Position numbers and translations under genes: made by a program. Source: an uncultured Verrucomicrobiae bacterium (GTDB lineage Bacteria; Verrucomicrobiota; Verrucomicrobiia; Limisphaerales; Palsa-1400). Taken from it: a stretch of 64,000 nt of DNA. Below the pieces are notes generated by a model. It saw only the letters and a list, made by a program, of their open reading frames with translations, was not told the DNA's origin and ran no database searches. The DNA lies in assembly GCA_963702845.1 (NCBI GenBank), contig OY969763.1, positions 1,664,001-1,728,000 on the forward strand, read 5' to 3'. The stretch's first letter is position 1; every line of letters begins with the position of its first letter. Positions 41,599 through 51,661 of the stretch are shown in pieces.

Positions 41599-41889
41599 TT
41601 GAAGTTTGAACTGCGAGGCTCGGAGTTTGGAATGATTGTTGCGCGGCGAATCAATTGGTTGCTTACGATTGTCGTTGTTGTGATGTGTTTTGCCGTAAAT
41701 CTTAATGGCGAAGTTTTTGGCTTGAGTGCGCCTACTTCATATTGGTTTGCGACGGCATGTGTCACTACTGGTTTAGTTTGCGTGGGATTCTTGATGGCAA
41801 AGAGAGATTCGTCACTATTGGTTTTTTCCAGCGCAACGATTTACCTTGGGGTTCTTTTTACACTGATCTGCAATCGACTGGGTATATGA
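41599..41889 (+). CDS. Small three-TM hypothetical protein
   Basis: Hydrophobic ORF coupled (ATGA) to the next gene. Confidence 0.45.
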   Translation: MKFELRGSEFGMIVARRINWLLTIVVVVMCFAVNLNGEVFGLSAPTSYWFATACVTTGLVCVGFLMAKRDSSLLVFSSATIYLGVLFTLICNRLGI

Positions 41890-42227
41890 GCCGTCTTCGA
41901 AAAATATTGTTGCTGGGCGCAGTTGCGGTAGCGGTCGGCGTCGCCGCCCAAGCTCCGGGCCAGACCAATGTTTATTTCGTGGCACCGTATTCCGGAGGAA
42001 CTTCTTACAGACAACTTTGTTCGTTTGAACTCCCATTCCCGCCATACCACTACAAGTTTACACAGCGAAGTCGCTACGAGGACGCGGACGGTTTGGTTAT
42101 CATCGACGTCGGGCATGAAAAGGAACGAGGCGGCGTTCTACGTCGATATCTGGATGTCGAATGCGGCACAGAGTCATTTACCCTGCCACTGGACCGCCCG
42201 CAACCGCTGCGCCAAACGGTTCGGTGA
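41886..42227 (+). CDS. Small secreted hypothetical protein
   Basis: Signal peptide MSRLRKILLLGAVAVAVGVAAQA. Confidence 0.55.
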   Translation: MSRLRKILLLGAVAVAVGVAAQAPGQTNVYFVAPYSGGTSYRQLCSFELPFPPYHYKFTQRSRYEDADGLVIIDVGHEKERGGVLRRYLDVECGTESFTLPLDRPQPLRQTVR

Positions 42228-42239
42228 TATTCGAACGAG

Positions 42240-42466
42240 TTAACTCCTTCGTCGCCGCTCCGCGAAAGTGACACTCCGTTTTGGGTGGTTTGGTCCCGGC
42301 ACCGAAGGGCGTGTTGCCGAATCTGGAATTGGTGACGATGGACGCAACCCCAATTGGGGTAGAGGTGTTTTTTGGTCGTGTTACCCAGGGTAGCCCAGCA
42401 CTTTGCCGTGCGCCTTCAAAGTATTGGGCAACCTTGGGCTAAGTGATGGAACCGCGTTGCGGTTCT
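42240..42466. repeat. REP/REPIN-like cluster
   Basis: Copy of 33343 element plus ACCCCAATTGGGGT, CCCAGGGT..ACCTTGGG and AACCGCGTTGCGGTT palindromes. Confidence 0.65.
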
Positions 42467-42984
42467 GGTGGGCGAAGAAGTGGAAAATGGGATCCCCTGT
42501 GCATTTGACCGCAAATTGACCAGGTCAAAACGCGTGTTTCTTCTTTGTTTTCAACGGGTTGTCGCGTACGGGGTGTTTACATTTTGACCGCTGTTCCCGG
42601 GCTTGGGTTTCCTCTTTAACGTGGGATTGTGAATAATTTTACCGAAAAATCTTGGGGCGACACCCCGTAACTGTCCAACCCCCCTCTGTAAAATGGACGG
42701 CATGAAAACAAATGTCTCACGACAACCAGAGTGGTGGGCGGCACTGCCCGAATCGGAAAAAGCAGTCCTGCGGAATGTAGTTAACGCAATTCGAACACTA
42801 AGAAGAAGCAGGTCCCCGCAGATAGCCGGCGCGGCTCAGAAATGGGATGCGAGCATCTGCTGCTTTATCAAGACGCGGTTAGTAAATCGGCGCGGCAAAC
42901 GCTCATTTGACTCGTCGGCGCCCGCCTCCTCGGCCGGTCCGGCTTCTGCCTCCGGCAAACTCCTTTCGCCGGTTCCCAACCGGC

Positions 42985-43425
42985 TCAAGTCCCACGCAAC
43001 AATCGGGCGTAACCAACAAGGTGGCGCTGGAGCTCGGCATTAACTGGACATTGACTGCGTAACCACTCTATCGCGTCCTCAACATCTTTTGTAAGACGGA
43101 CACCATCATGTCGGCCAACTTTTCCAGCTTCTTCAGCGGTGCCGTGAATTTTTATCTCTACCAGATTAGCGCCGAGGATGTTGGCGGCTCTCGCTGGATG
43201 AAGCGCGTCGGTGCAGCGGGCGGCGATGATCTCAGCCTGGGCCTTGGAGTCGGCGGCGAAGACTTTGAGTATGGCGACGAAATGCTGATTGCTGAAATCC
43301 TGGGATTCGCCGCTCAACACGCGGCTGATGTAGCTGCGGGAGACTCCGGACTGGCGGGAAATGTCGGAATGGGTAATGCCGCGTTCGTCGCTGATGCGTT
43401 GCAGGGTGGTTCCGAGAAAGCTCAT
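42985..43425 (-). CDS. XRE-family HTH repressor
   Basis: ITHSDISRQSGVSRSYISRVLSGE; divergent from early operon. Confidence 0.8.
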   Translation of the reverse strand: MSFLGTTLQRISDERGITHSDISRQSGVSRSYISRVLSGESQDFSNQHFVAILKVFAADSKAQAEIIAARCTDALHPARAANILGANLVEIKIHGTAEEAGKVGRHDGVRLTKDVEDAIEWLRSQCPVNAELQRHLVGYARLLRGT

Positions 43426-43768
43426 TTAGAAGTTGAGGGTTTTTGGTTGAGTGTTGAGTGCCGATCGGCGGCGACATTTTTTTGCATTGCGATGCGCAGT
43501 TTATGCGCCTGTGACGCAATTGCAACGCTTGGGCTGACAACAATTTGCGCGCAAACGGAAGCAACGAGCCGCAAATCACAAAAAATTCGCGTCAACATTT
43601 TTTCAAAACTTTTTTCATGCGCGAAAAGTGTAGCGCCTTTCGCTTACTTGCGCGTCTTTTCGCGAATCTTCGCAAGGGGTTTTCAGCAGCAAAAAAGAAA
43701 ATTCAAAACGTGCGCTATAACTGGCTCGTTCGCCAAAACAGTAGCGCGATAGGTGAAGCAATTTAATT

Positions 43769-44005
43769 ATGAAAACGGAAAGTCAAACACAAGTGGATAA
43801 CGGGACCGCTCCTGCTGAGCCTTATATCAATAAGCAGGAACTCGCCAAACGAATGAACAAAAAGCTGCGCACGGTGGATAACTGGATGCGGCGCGGAATG
43901 ATTCCCTACTACAAGATCGGCCATTCCGTGCTCTTCAAGTGGAGCGAAGTGGATTCGCACCTCGGATCTACCTGCCGGAAAACGGGGTTTTCATCCACCT
44001 GTTGA
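43769..44005 (+). CDS. Excisionase-like HTH protein
   Basis: YINKQELAKRM..RTVDNWMRRGMIPYYKIGHSVLF. Confidence 0.85.
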   Translation: MKTESQTQVDNGTAPAEPYINKQELAKRMNKKLRTVDNWMRRGMIPYYKIGHSVLFKWSEVDSHLGSTCRKTGFSSTC

Positions 44006-44016
44006 AAACAAAGCAG

Positions 44017-44457
44017 ATGAACTCAAGAAACAAAGGCAAACGCGGAGAGCGATTGTGGCGCGATGAATTGCGCGCCAACGGTTACACGGCGCGGCGCGGC
44101 CAGCAATTCTCCGGCTCGCCTGATTCGCCCGATGTGATTTGCGATGCCTTGCCGTGGATTCACTTCGAAGTCAAAGCGGTTGAGAAGTTGAACATCGAAG
44201 ACGCGATGGATCAAGCGCGGCGGGACGCGGTGGCACCGAAAGCCCAATCAAAAACTCCAATCGTCGCGCACAAGCGCAGCTTCCGCGCGTGGCTCGTCAC
44301 GATGGATTCCGAAACATTTTTCAAATTTCTGCGCGGCGAGCTTCCGCTCGACGGCACGGCGCTTCGCGCAAAAAGCGACGCGTCGGAACCCCGCGCAGAT
44401 CAACAAACCCCAAATCCTGAAAGGAAAGATAATACCAATGAAGATCAAACAGTCTGA
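44017..44457 (+). CDS. Phage Holliday-junction-resolvase-like PD-(D/E)XK nuclease
   Basis: NSRNKGKRGER, SPDV, HFEVK. Confidence 0.7.
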   Translation: MNSRNKGKRGERLWRDELRANGYTARRGQQFSGSPDSPDVICDALPWIHFEVKAVEKLNIEDAMDQARRDAVAPKAQSKTPIVAHKRSFRAWLVTMDSETFFKFLRGELPLDGTALRAKSDASEPRADQQTPNPERKDNTNEDQTV

Positions 44458-45199
44458 AAATTACGAACCGTGCCCCGAATTTACGGGTCGCGCGGTTTGT
44501 GTAGATGTAACCCCGCTGCGCAAGCAGCAAAGCGAATTCGGCGAACGCAACGTGTTCAAGGTCGTTTTCGAGGTCGACAAGGAGCGCGAGGACAAAACGC
44601 GCTTCGCGGTCTGGTCCAAGAATTTCACGCCGACGCTGAATGAGAAGGCGAACTTCCGCAAATTCCTGCGCGGCTGGTTCGGTCGCGATCTCACGCAAGC
44701 TGAGTTGAGCGATTTCGATACGGAAACGCTGATTGGCAAGACCGCGAACCTCGTCGTCCTGCATGAGCACAAGGACGGCAAGGTTTACTCGAACATAATC
44801 GCCTGCACTCCTGATAAGAGCGGCAATCCGCTGCAACCCTCCGGGACGTTCGTCCGCAGGAAGGACCGCACTGATGAACCCGAGCAATCGGAGCCTGCTA
44901 GCAATGGCGCGAACGGTAGCAGCGCTGGCGGCGCGTATCGCCGTTCCCAGCAACCTGCGAACAACGGTGCGTCCGTTGATCACTCTTCGGTAAAGGTACA
45001 CGTCGGGCGCTGCGCCGGTTTGGAGTTGCGCGACTTGAGCGCTGAACAAGTGAGCGCGCTCGCTGATAAATGGCTGCCGGGCGCGAAAGCGGCACCGAAG
45101 CAAACCGCCGATGACAAGCGGCTGATTGCTGCACTCGCATGGTTCGTTGATCAAATCGAGGCCGCGACGGTCGCTGCCAAGGACGACCTCACCTATTAA
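44438..45199 (+). CDS. Phage replication/ssDNA-binding-like protein
   Basis: FTPTLNEKANFRKFLRGW, FDTETLIGK, YSNI; position in early operon. Confidence 0.55.
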   Translation: MKIKQSENYEPCPEFTGRAVCVDVTPLRKQQSEFGERNVFKVVFEVDKEREDKTRFAVWSKNFTPTLNEKANFRKFLRGWFGRDLTQAELSDFDTETLIGKTANLVVLHEHKDGKVYSNIIACTPDKSGNPLQPSGTFVRRKDRTDEPEQSEPASNGANGSSAGGAYRRSQQPANNGASVDHSSVKVHVGRCAGLELRDLSAEQVSALADKWLPGAKAAPKQTADDKRLIAALAWFVDQIEAATVAAKDDLTY

Positions 45200-45266
45200 C
45201 CCATGACGCCAAGGTCATGCGGGGTCAGTCACACGACTGGCCCCGCGTTCTTGGGGAGGAATTTTT

Positions 45267-46103
45267 ATGACACTTATTGAACGACAAGCGCCGAGCCACT
45301 GGTATTTGCAGGATGGCCGGCCATTCCATCAAATCGCAAAGAAGGACGGCAGCGGCAACCGCGCCGTCACGCTCGCCGATGCACGCAAGGTGCTCGCGCT
45401 TCCGAGCGTCACAAATATTTTGGGCGTGCTCGCCAAACCTGGGCTCGATGCTTGGAAGATCGAGCAAGGCATCATGGCGGCGCTGACGCTGCCGCGTAAT
45501 GCAGACGAACCGCTCGATACGTTTGCTCGTCGTGTCGTCACTGACATGAGCGAGCAGGTTGAGAAGGCGGCTGATTTTGGCACGGCGATTCATGCGGCGT
45601 GCGAGGCTTACGCAATCAACAAGGAACTTCCCACCGACCAAGCGGTGCTTGGATTCATCCGGGATTGGGTGCGGTGGTTCGATGAGAATGTGGAGCGCAT
45701 TGATTGCGTTGAGCAAGTCGTGGTGCATCCAACGGCGCTTTATGCCGGTCGCGTCGATATGATCGCCAAGATCAAGGATCTCGGCTGGTGTGTTGTTGAT
45801 TTCAAAACGCAGAAGGTGAAACGCTCGGCCAAGGGCGAGCCAAAGGCTGCGTTCTACGAAGCTTGGCCGCTCCAGCTCGCGGCATATCGGCAAGCGGCGC
45901 TTGCATCCAGTGGAAAGTACCTCACGGGACTAGTCTCAGTTGTAATCGACAGCGTCGAACCGGGTCCGGTTCACGTCAAAGTCTGGGCCGACAACATCGA
46001 CTACATGAAGGTGTTCAGCGCGGCGTATATGGCGTGGAGATACATCAAGTGTTACTCGCCGAACGAGACGGCGTTCAACTCGCCGAATCCTGAACTCAAT
46101 TAA
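45267..46103 (+). CDS. Phage PD-(D/E)XK exonuclease
   Basis: PSVTNIL, FGTAIH, YAGRVD, VDFKT, QLAAY. Confidence 0.8.
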   Translation: MTLIERQAPSHWYLQDGRPFHQIAKKDGSGNRAVTLADARKVLALPSVTNILGVLAKPGLDAWKIEQGIMAALTLPRNADEPLDTFARRVVTDMSEQVEKAADFGTAIHAACEAYAINKELPTDQAVLGFIRDWVRWFDENVERIDCVEQVVVHPTALYAGRVDMIAKIKDLGWCVVDFKTQKVKRSAKGEPKAAFYEAWPLQLAAYRQAALASSGKYLTGLVSVVIDSVEPGPVHVKVWADNIDYMKVFSAAYMAWRYIKCYSPNETAFNSPNPELN

Positions 46104-46504
46104 CGACGTAAAAACGTTGAGAGGAATCTGCGAATGCAACTGACCTTTTTATCTGATGCACCGAGTGCGTCGTACAAACGTCGGCCCGGCGCCAGCAATG
46201 GCGTCAGGTCGTCGTCTGGAAGTTCTTTGATCAATGGTTCCTCGGAAATCGTGCGCCACGGAAGCGTTGTCATCGCATCGTGGAAAGATTCTGACGCAGC
46301 ACGCTGCTCCGGGGTGAGTGCCGCAATCGCTTCTGAGTCACGCAAACAGTCGAACAAATCCCAAAGCCGGAAAAAAATGGCCGAATCTTTCGTGCCTGCG
46401 GGCCACCCCCTCCGATTCACGTCACGCGGGTGTAGCTCAAGAAGAAAGCTTAACGGAAGCCGCGGTGCGTGCATGACCGCTTCTTTTTGTTCCTTTGAGA
46501 GCAT
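46100..46504 (-). CDS. Hypothetical protein inserted antisense in the early operon
   Basis: Fills the gap between exonuclease and helicase. Confidence 0.5.
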   Translation of the reverse strand: MLSKEQKEAVMHAPRLPLSFLLELHPRDVNRRGWPAGTKDSAIFFRLWDLFDCLRDSEAIAALTPEQRAASESFHDAMTTLPWRTISEEPLIKELPDDDLTPLLAPGRRLYDALGASDKKVSCIRRFLSTFLRR

Positions 46505-46572
46505 ACCTGCGGGAAGTATTCGCGTTGGATTGCCGCGCGCAACAACAAACCTTTCGGCCCTCTCCTGACTTT

Positions 46573-47883
46573 ATGAATACTTGGCACAACTTCGACGCAG
46601 ACGTGGAGGCCGCCGTCACTGAGGAAAAACGTTTTCTCGGCGCGGCGCACGGCGGGCGCAACGTGTTCCTTACCGGCATGGCCGGCACGGGCAAAAGCAC
46701 GTTGCTCCGAAAGTTCATTCAGGAATGCGCGCGCAAAGTCGATGTCACCGCGCCAACGGGTGTCGCGGCGCTGAACGTGTCGGGTATGACGATTCACCGG
46801 TTTTGCGGGATGATGCTCGGGCCGCAACTTGGGCAATCGAACGAAGATTACTACGGCGTGCTTCGTCGCGATCCGCGCAAGTCGATCCTCGCCGGGTTTA
46901 ATCGGGTGAAGCGATGCGAGATCCTCGTCATCGACGAAATCTCGATGCTGCCAGGTCGGCAGTTGGATTTTATCGAATATCTGTTCCGGCGATTGCGTGG
47001 AAGCGACGAGCCGTTTGGTGGCGTGCAGGTCATCGTGATTGGTGACTTTCTCCAACTGCCACCCGTGCGCACACTAGCGTGTGGGCCACATGGCGAAGAG
47101 CTCCCTTACGATTGGGCGTTTCAATCGCAATCGTGGGAACGCGCAGAGTTCAAAACGATCATTCTCGAAAAAGTGCGGCGGCAAGATGAGCCGAGCTTTG
47201 TTCGCGCATTGGGGAATTTCCGCGTCGGCAATGTTTGGGGAGAAACGGCGCGGATTCTGCAATCGCGCATTCGCAATTTTCCGCCCGCGAATTTGACGCG
47301 GCTCTACACGCACAACGTGCAAGTGGACAAGTGGAACGAGTTTCAGCTTTCCGAATTGCCTGGCGTTGAAACGGTCTTGGTTGCGGAGCAAAGCGGCCCT
47401 GAGCAGCAACGGGAGTTTCTGAAAAAGAATTTGCTCACACCTGAAACGCTGCGGTTGAAGCTCGGCGCAATGGTGATGTTCACCATCAACCGGCAAGCGG
47501 GGCTTGCATCCAATAAGCCCCTGTTCGTTAACGGTCAGATTGGGATTGTTGAGAAGGTTGGACAGTCCGTCGTCACGGTGCGCACTGCGAACGGTGACGA
47601 AATCGAGGTTGAGCCGTTCACGTGGCGTTATGCGCAAGATGATCCTGAGTCGGGCTCATTCACGCAATTTCCGCTGCGGCTGGCGTGGGCGATGACGATT
47701 CATAAATCACAAGGTCTGACGTTGGACGCCGCGTATTTGGATATCCGCGCGGCGCGCGACCCTGGGCAAGCCTACGTCGCGGTGTCGCGGGTGCGATCAC
47801 TGGCCGGCTTGCATTTCAAAGATTGGTTTAAAGGAGTCCACGTGTCGCCCGAGGCGATTCGTTTTTACAAGGAGAGTTTATGA
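46573..47883 (+). CDS. PIF1/RecD-like SF1B DNA helicase
   Basis: TGMAGTGKS, IDEISM, GDFLQLPPV, AMTIHKSQG, YVAVSR. Confidence 0.92.
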   Translation: MNTWHNFDADVEAAVTEEKRFLGAAHGGRNVFLTGMAGTGKSTLLRKFIQECARKVDVTAPTGVAALNVSGMTIHRFCGMMLGPQLGQSNEDYYGVLRRDPRKSILAGFNRVKRCEILVIDEISMLPGRQLDFIEYLFRRLRGSDEPFGGVQVIVIGDFLQLPPVRTLACGPHGEELPYDWAFQSQSWERAEFKTIILEKVRRQDEPSFVRALGNFRVGNVWGETARILQSRIRNFPPANLTRLYTHNVQVDKWNEFQLSELPGVETVLVAEQSGPEQQREFLKKNLLTPETLRLKLGAMVMFTINRQAGLASNKPLFVNGQIGIVEKVGQSVVTVRTANGDEIEVEPFTWRYAQDDPESGSFTQFPLRLAWAMTIHKSQGLTLDAAYLDIRAARDPGQAYVAVSRVRSLAGLHFKDWFKGVHVSPEAIRFYKESL

Positions 47884-48230
47884 TTACAGCGAAGAACAAA
47901 GATATAAAATGGTTCAGGAGTTTGCAGTCCGACGAGCAGGGACGGCCAAAATGGGTGTTCGTGGGCATCGGTCCAAACGGTGAGTTTTGGGTAAAGCAGT
48001 GTGAGGTTCCTTATCTCGGAGATGATGTCTGGGACCAAGCGGAAGATCACTCGCAGCCACTGGTGCTGATTCAGCGCGGGAATGTTTACGTGAATGTGGC
48101 GTTCGCAGCCGAGCTCACGACGAGCGAGTTCACCAGAGGGGAAATAACAGGTTTTATCGCGACGATGATGAAAGTTCTGCAACCGGAGCGTGATTCACAT
48201 GAGGCGATTCGGTTTTACGAGAGGAACTGA
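47880..48230 (+). CDS. Hypothetical phage protein
   Basis: ATGA-coupled to helicase. Confidence 0.55.
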   Translation: MITAKNKDIKWFRSLQSDEQGRPKWVFVGIGPNGEFWVKQCEVPYLGDDVWDQAEDHSQPLVLIQRGNVYVNVAFAAELTTSEFTRGEITGFIATMMKVLQPERDSHEAIRFYERN

Positions 48231-48484
48231 CCGAATGAACCACGAGGTGAAAACTCGGTTACGCGATTACAGCCATGCATCGAACGCTGTGCGCGTTTGT
48301 TTCATACGCGGAAATAATAATTCGATTGATTTGATTGTCGCGGTTGCGACGGAGCTTATGAAACACCGACGGCGAACAACGCGTCGACAGGGTAAACGAG
48401 ATGACACGGTTCGGTTCGTCAAAGTCGACGTCCTGAACTTCGCAAACGAAGTTTTCATTACTGTCAAACAGTGAGTAGTCGGCC

Positions 48485-50473
48485 ATGAACGCAATATCAA
48501 ATACAGATGCCGAGTCGGCGAGGCAACCTGATTCCAGAAGTTTGGCACAGGTGACGGCGCTTCTCGGCGAAGATGTTTTCTTCGTGCCATGCGAATGGGG
48601 AACAAAGCGGCCGCTGGTCACGTACGTGGCGCGACCGTTCGAAGCGACGAAGACGGATGCGTATCGCGCTATCTTTTCGGCGCGAGAAACAAACATTGCC
48701 GTTTACCTTGGGAAGATTTCGGGCGGGCTGTGTGCGATTGATTTTGATTCGGACGCAGACCTTGCGACGTTTCTCGCGCTCAATCCGAAACTGGAAACAA
48801 CGACGCGATCGCGCGGCAGTCGCGGCGCGATGTTGTGGATCCGCATTCAAGGTGATTTTCCAAAGAGCTGCAATCCTGAGCACAAGCATTTCGAGTGGCG
48901 AGCGGATGGGCGGCTTTCAACTATTTACGGCCGGCATCCGGCAGGCATGGATTACCAGCTTGTCGTTGATGCCGTGCCTGTGTCTTTGCCTTTCGCCGAG
49001 ATCGTGTGGCCGAAGGAATGGGAACTGCCCTGGCTGAATGGGAGCGATGAGAAACTACGCGAGCGGCACGGTGAACCGTTTTACACGAATGACAAGGGTG
49101 CACTGACGGGAATCAACGAGGAGTATTGGGCGGGATTGCACGCGGCGGAGCATGAGATTCTTTTCGAGCCTGAAGAGTTGGAGTTCTACGACTACAAGTC
49201 GGAGACCGGGCTGTACGAAGTGGAATCCATAGACGCGGTGCGAAACAAGATTTCCAGTCGCATGCTGGAAGCGTCGCGGCAAGCGAAGGTGTTTGATCTG
49301 CAAAAGAAACGCACGGCTAAGACGCTCAATTCTATCATTTCGCATCTGCGCGGGATTGCGGAAAAGCGCGATGCGTTCAAGGAGAAGCGAAAAACGATTC
49401 ACCTGGCGAACGGCGTTGTTGTGTTCAATGGCACCGACGCGGAACTGCGGCCGTTCTCTCCTGACTTCCGGTCGCGCAACCGCTCGCCGATTGCGTTCGA
49501 TGAGAACGCAAAGTGCGATCGGTTTCTGAATGAACTGGTCTTGCCTGCGGTGCATCCCGAGGACGTCGGTCTATTGCAGCGATTTGCCGGCCTGATGCTG
49601 CTCGGGCACAACCGAGCGCAGCGGTTTTTGATTTTAGACGGTGAAGCCGGGCGCGGCAAAACGCAGTTTGCGAACGTCATGCAAGGCTTGGTCGGGATGG
49701 CGAACGCGACGCAACTCCGAACGAAATACCTGGGCGAACGTTTCGAGCTGTATCGGTATCTGAAAAGGACGCTGCTGGTCGGCGTCGACGTGGAAGCGGA
49801 TTTTTTGAGCACGAAAGGTGCGGCGATTCTGAAAGGGTTGGTTGGCGGCGATTGGTTCGACGCCGAACAGAAAGGCGGCACGGGTTCTTTTCAGGTGCAA
49901 GGCACGTTCAACGTGTTGATCACGTCGAACGCGCGGCTGCGCGTTCGTTTACAGGGGGACGTGGGCGCTTGGCGTCGTCGTTTGAACATCGTGCGCTACG
50001 AAGCGCCTCCGCCTCCGCGTAAGATTCCAGACTTTGGCGGTTATCTGGTCCGCACGGAAGGCAGCGGCATTTTGAATTGGGCACTGGAAGGCGCGCAAAA
50101 GGTTCTCACCGAAATTCCCGATGAAGGGGGCGACTTTGTTCTGACTGCGCGTCAGCGCGGCATTGTGGATTCGTTGCTCGCGGAGAGCGACAGTTTGCGG
50201 TGCTTCCTCCAGGACCGGCTTATCGCCGACACTTACGGGGATCTGACGGTAAGCGAGATTGTTGAGGCTTATGCTGCGTATTGCCCAGAACGGCATTGGC
50301 ATCCGATGCCGATCACGGAAGTGCAGAGCAAGCTCGAAGGGTTAATGCTTGAAATGTTCGGCGTTACCAAACGGCACGACGTCACGCGCGATGATAAGAA
50401 CCAGCGCGGATTTAGCGGCGTGAAGTTCGTTGCACAAGCGGACAGCGCGGAAGCGGAAAGGCTCGCGATATGA
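48485..50473 (+). CDS. Primase-helicase (prim-pol-like N-terminus, D5/P4-type SF3 helicase)
   Basis: CAIDFD, IHLANG, GEAGRGKT, LKGLVGGD, AWRRRL. Confidence 0.88.
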   Translation: MNAISNTDAESARQPDSRSLAQVTALLGEDVFFVPCEWGTKRPLVTYVARPFEATKTDAYRAIFSARETNIAVYLGKISGGLCAIDFDSDADLATFLALNPKLETTTRSRGSRGAMLWIRIQGDFPKSCNPEHKHFEWRADGRLSTIYGRHPAGMDYQLVVDAVPVSLPFAEIVWPKEWELPWLNGSDEKLRERHGEPFYTNDKGALTGINEEYWAGLHAAEHEILFEPEELEFYDYKSETGLYEVESIDAVRNKISSRMLEASRQAKVFDLQKKRTAKTLNSIISHLRGIAEKRDAFKEKRKTIHLANGVVVFNGTDAELRPFSPDFRSRNRSPIAFDENAKCDRFLNELVLPAVHPEDVGLLQRFAGLMLLGHNRAQRFLILDGEAGRGKTQFANVMQGLVGMANATQLRTKYLGERFELYRYLKRTLLVGVDVEADFLSTKGAAILKGLVGGDWFDAEQKGGTGSFQVQGTFNVLITSNARLRVRLQGDVGAWRRRLNIVRYEAPPPPRKIPDFGGYLVRTEGSGILNWALEGAQKVLTEIPDEGGDFVLTARQRGIVDSLLAESDSLRCFLQDRLIADTYGDLTVSEIVEAYAAYCPERHWHPMPITEVQSKLEGLMLEMFGVTKRHDVTRDDKNQRGFSGVKFVAQADSAEAERLAI

Positions 50474-51072
50474 GTCTGGACGTTTCGAAGCTGGAGAAGG
50501 TTGTCGATCTGGCGAACGGCATGAAGCGCGCGCGTTGTCCGGCCTGTGCTGAAACAGGCAGCGACAAAACCGGTGTGCATCTTCGCGTCTATCCCGATGG
50601 CCGATTCGGTTGCTGCGTGCACCCACAAGACAAGGAGCATCGGAAGCGAATCTTTGCCCTGGCCGGCGAGCGGACGACTGCGCAACGGCGCGGGATCGTC
50701 GTCAAGGTGGCGGCGGTCAAAATCAGTCAGCCGGTAAAGTTGCGAATTCTTGTGCAAGTTGGGCAGTCGTTTGCGGCGGACGCTTCGGACGCCTCTTTGC
50801 AAGTCGAAATGACTTCGGAAAATTGTCGGACGGCTCGGACGGGTGAAACGAAGTCCAACGGCGAAACTGTTGAAGAATCTCGGACGCTACGGACGGGTTC
50901 TCTTTACTCTTTTAACGGGGCAGAAAAAACAGAAGAAAATAATAGTAATACGCTAAAAGACTTTCGCCCCCCCGTCCGTAGCGTCCGAGAGTGTCAAACG
51001 GATGGAACTGTGGTGGACGAAACAGACGCCGAAATTTTAGAAAGGATGGAAAGCGATGCCTCTCCCTTTTGA
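50470..51072 (+). CDS. Zinc-finger protein whose 3' half carries repeat motifs
   Basis: RARCPAC..FGCC; coupled to primase. Confidence 0.6.
   Translation: MSLDVSKLEKVVDLANGMKRARCPACAETGSDKTGVHLRVYPDGRFGCCVHPQDKEHRKRIFALAGERTTAQRRGIVVKVAAVKISQPVKLRILVQVGQSFAADASDASLQVEMTSENCRTARTGETKSNGETVEESRTLRTGSLYSFNGAEKTEENNSNTLKDFRPPVRSVRECQTDGTVVDETDAEILERMESDASPF
50776..50990. repeat. Candidate replication origin: paired CGGACG iterons around an AT-rich core
   Basis: Pairs at 50776, 50826, 50880; perfect 20-bp inverted repeat 50878-50897 / 50971-50990. Confidence 0.7.
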
Positions 51073-51661
51073 ACAGCAACCCCGTGAGTCGGATAAAGCG
51101 TTTGCGGCGTTCAGTTTGTATCTGAGCGATGGTCCGCAACGGTCCGCCGAGTCGGTAGCAAAGAAGTTAGCAAAGAGTGCACACCTTGTGCGGAGGTGGG
51201 CGAGCAAGTTCGATTGGGTGGCGCGGGTGAAGGCGCATGCGGCGCATTTGGCGATTGTCGAACGGGAAGCGACGGAGGCTTTGACTCGCGGCAAGGCGGC
51301 GGAATGGGTCAGCCGACAAGAGGCGCATCGCGAGGAGGAATGGAAGATGCGCGGGGAGTTGATCGAGCTCGCGCGTGAGGCCATTGCGCGATGGAAGAAA
51401 GCGCCGCAACGGTGTGGCACGCTGGAAGGCATCGCGCGACTGCTGGATTTGGCGAGCAAGCTGGGGCGGTTGTCGTCGGGCATGGCGACGGATCGAACGG
51501 AAGTGAGCGGCGAACTGACGGCGACGCTGAAGCTCGAGTTCGTCCAGGCACTGGATGAGGTCTACGGGACGGCAGTGCCGTCGGCCATTCTGTCCCCTGC
51601 TCCCGCGATCGACGCCGAAGTTGTTACGGAACCGAAAGCGTTGCCGGAGGCGAAGAAATGA
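51056..51661 (+). CDS. Probable terminase small subunit
   Basis: ESDKAFAAFSLYL..HTH..RWASKFDW; coupled to large terminase. Confidence 0.65.
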   Translation: MPLPFEQQPRESDKAFAAFSLYLSDGPQRSAESVAKKLAKSAHLVRRWASKFDWVARVKAHAAHLAIVEREATEALTRGKAAEWVSRQEAHREEEWKMRGELIELAREAIARWKKAPQRCGTLEGIARLLDLASKLGRLSSGMATDRTEVSGELTATLKLEFVQALDEVYGTAVPSAILSPAPAIDAEVVTEPKALPEAKK

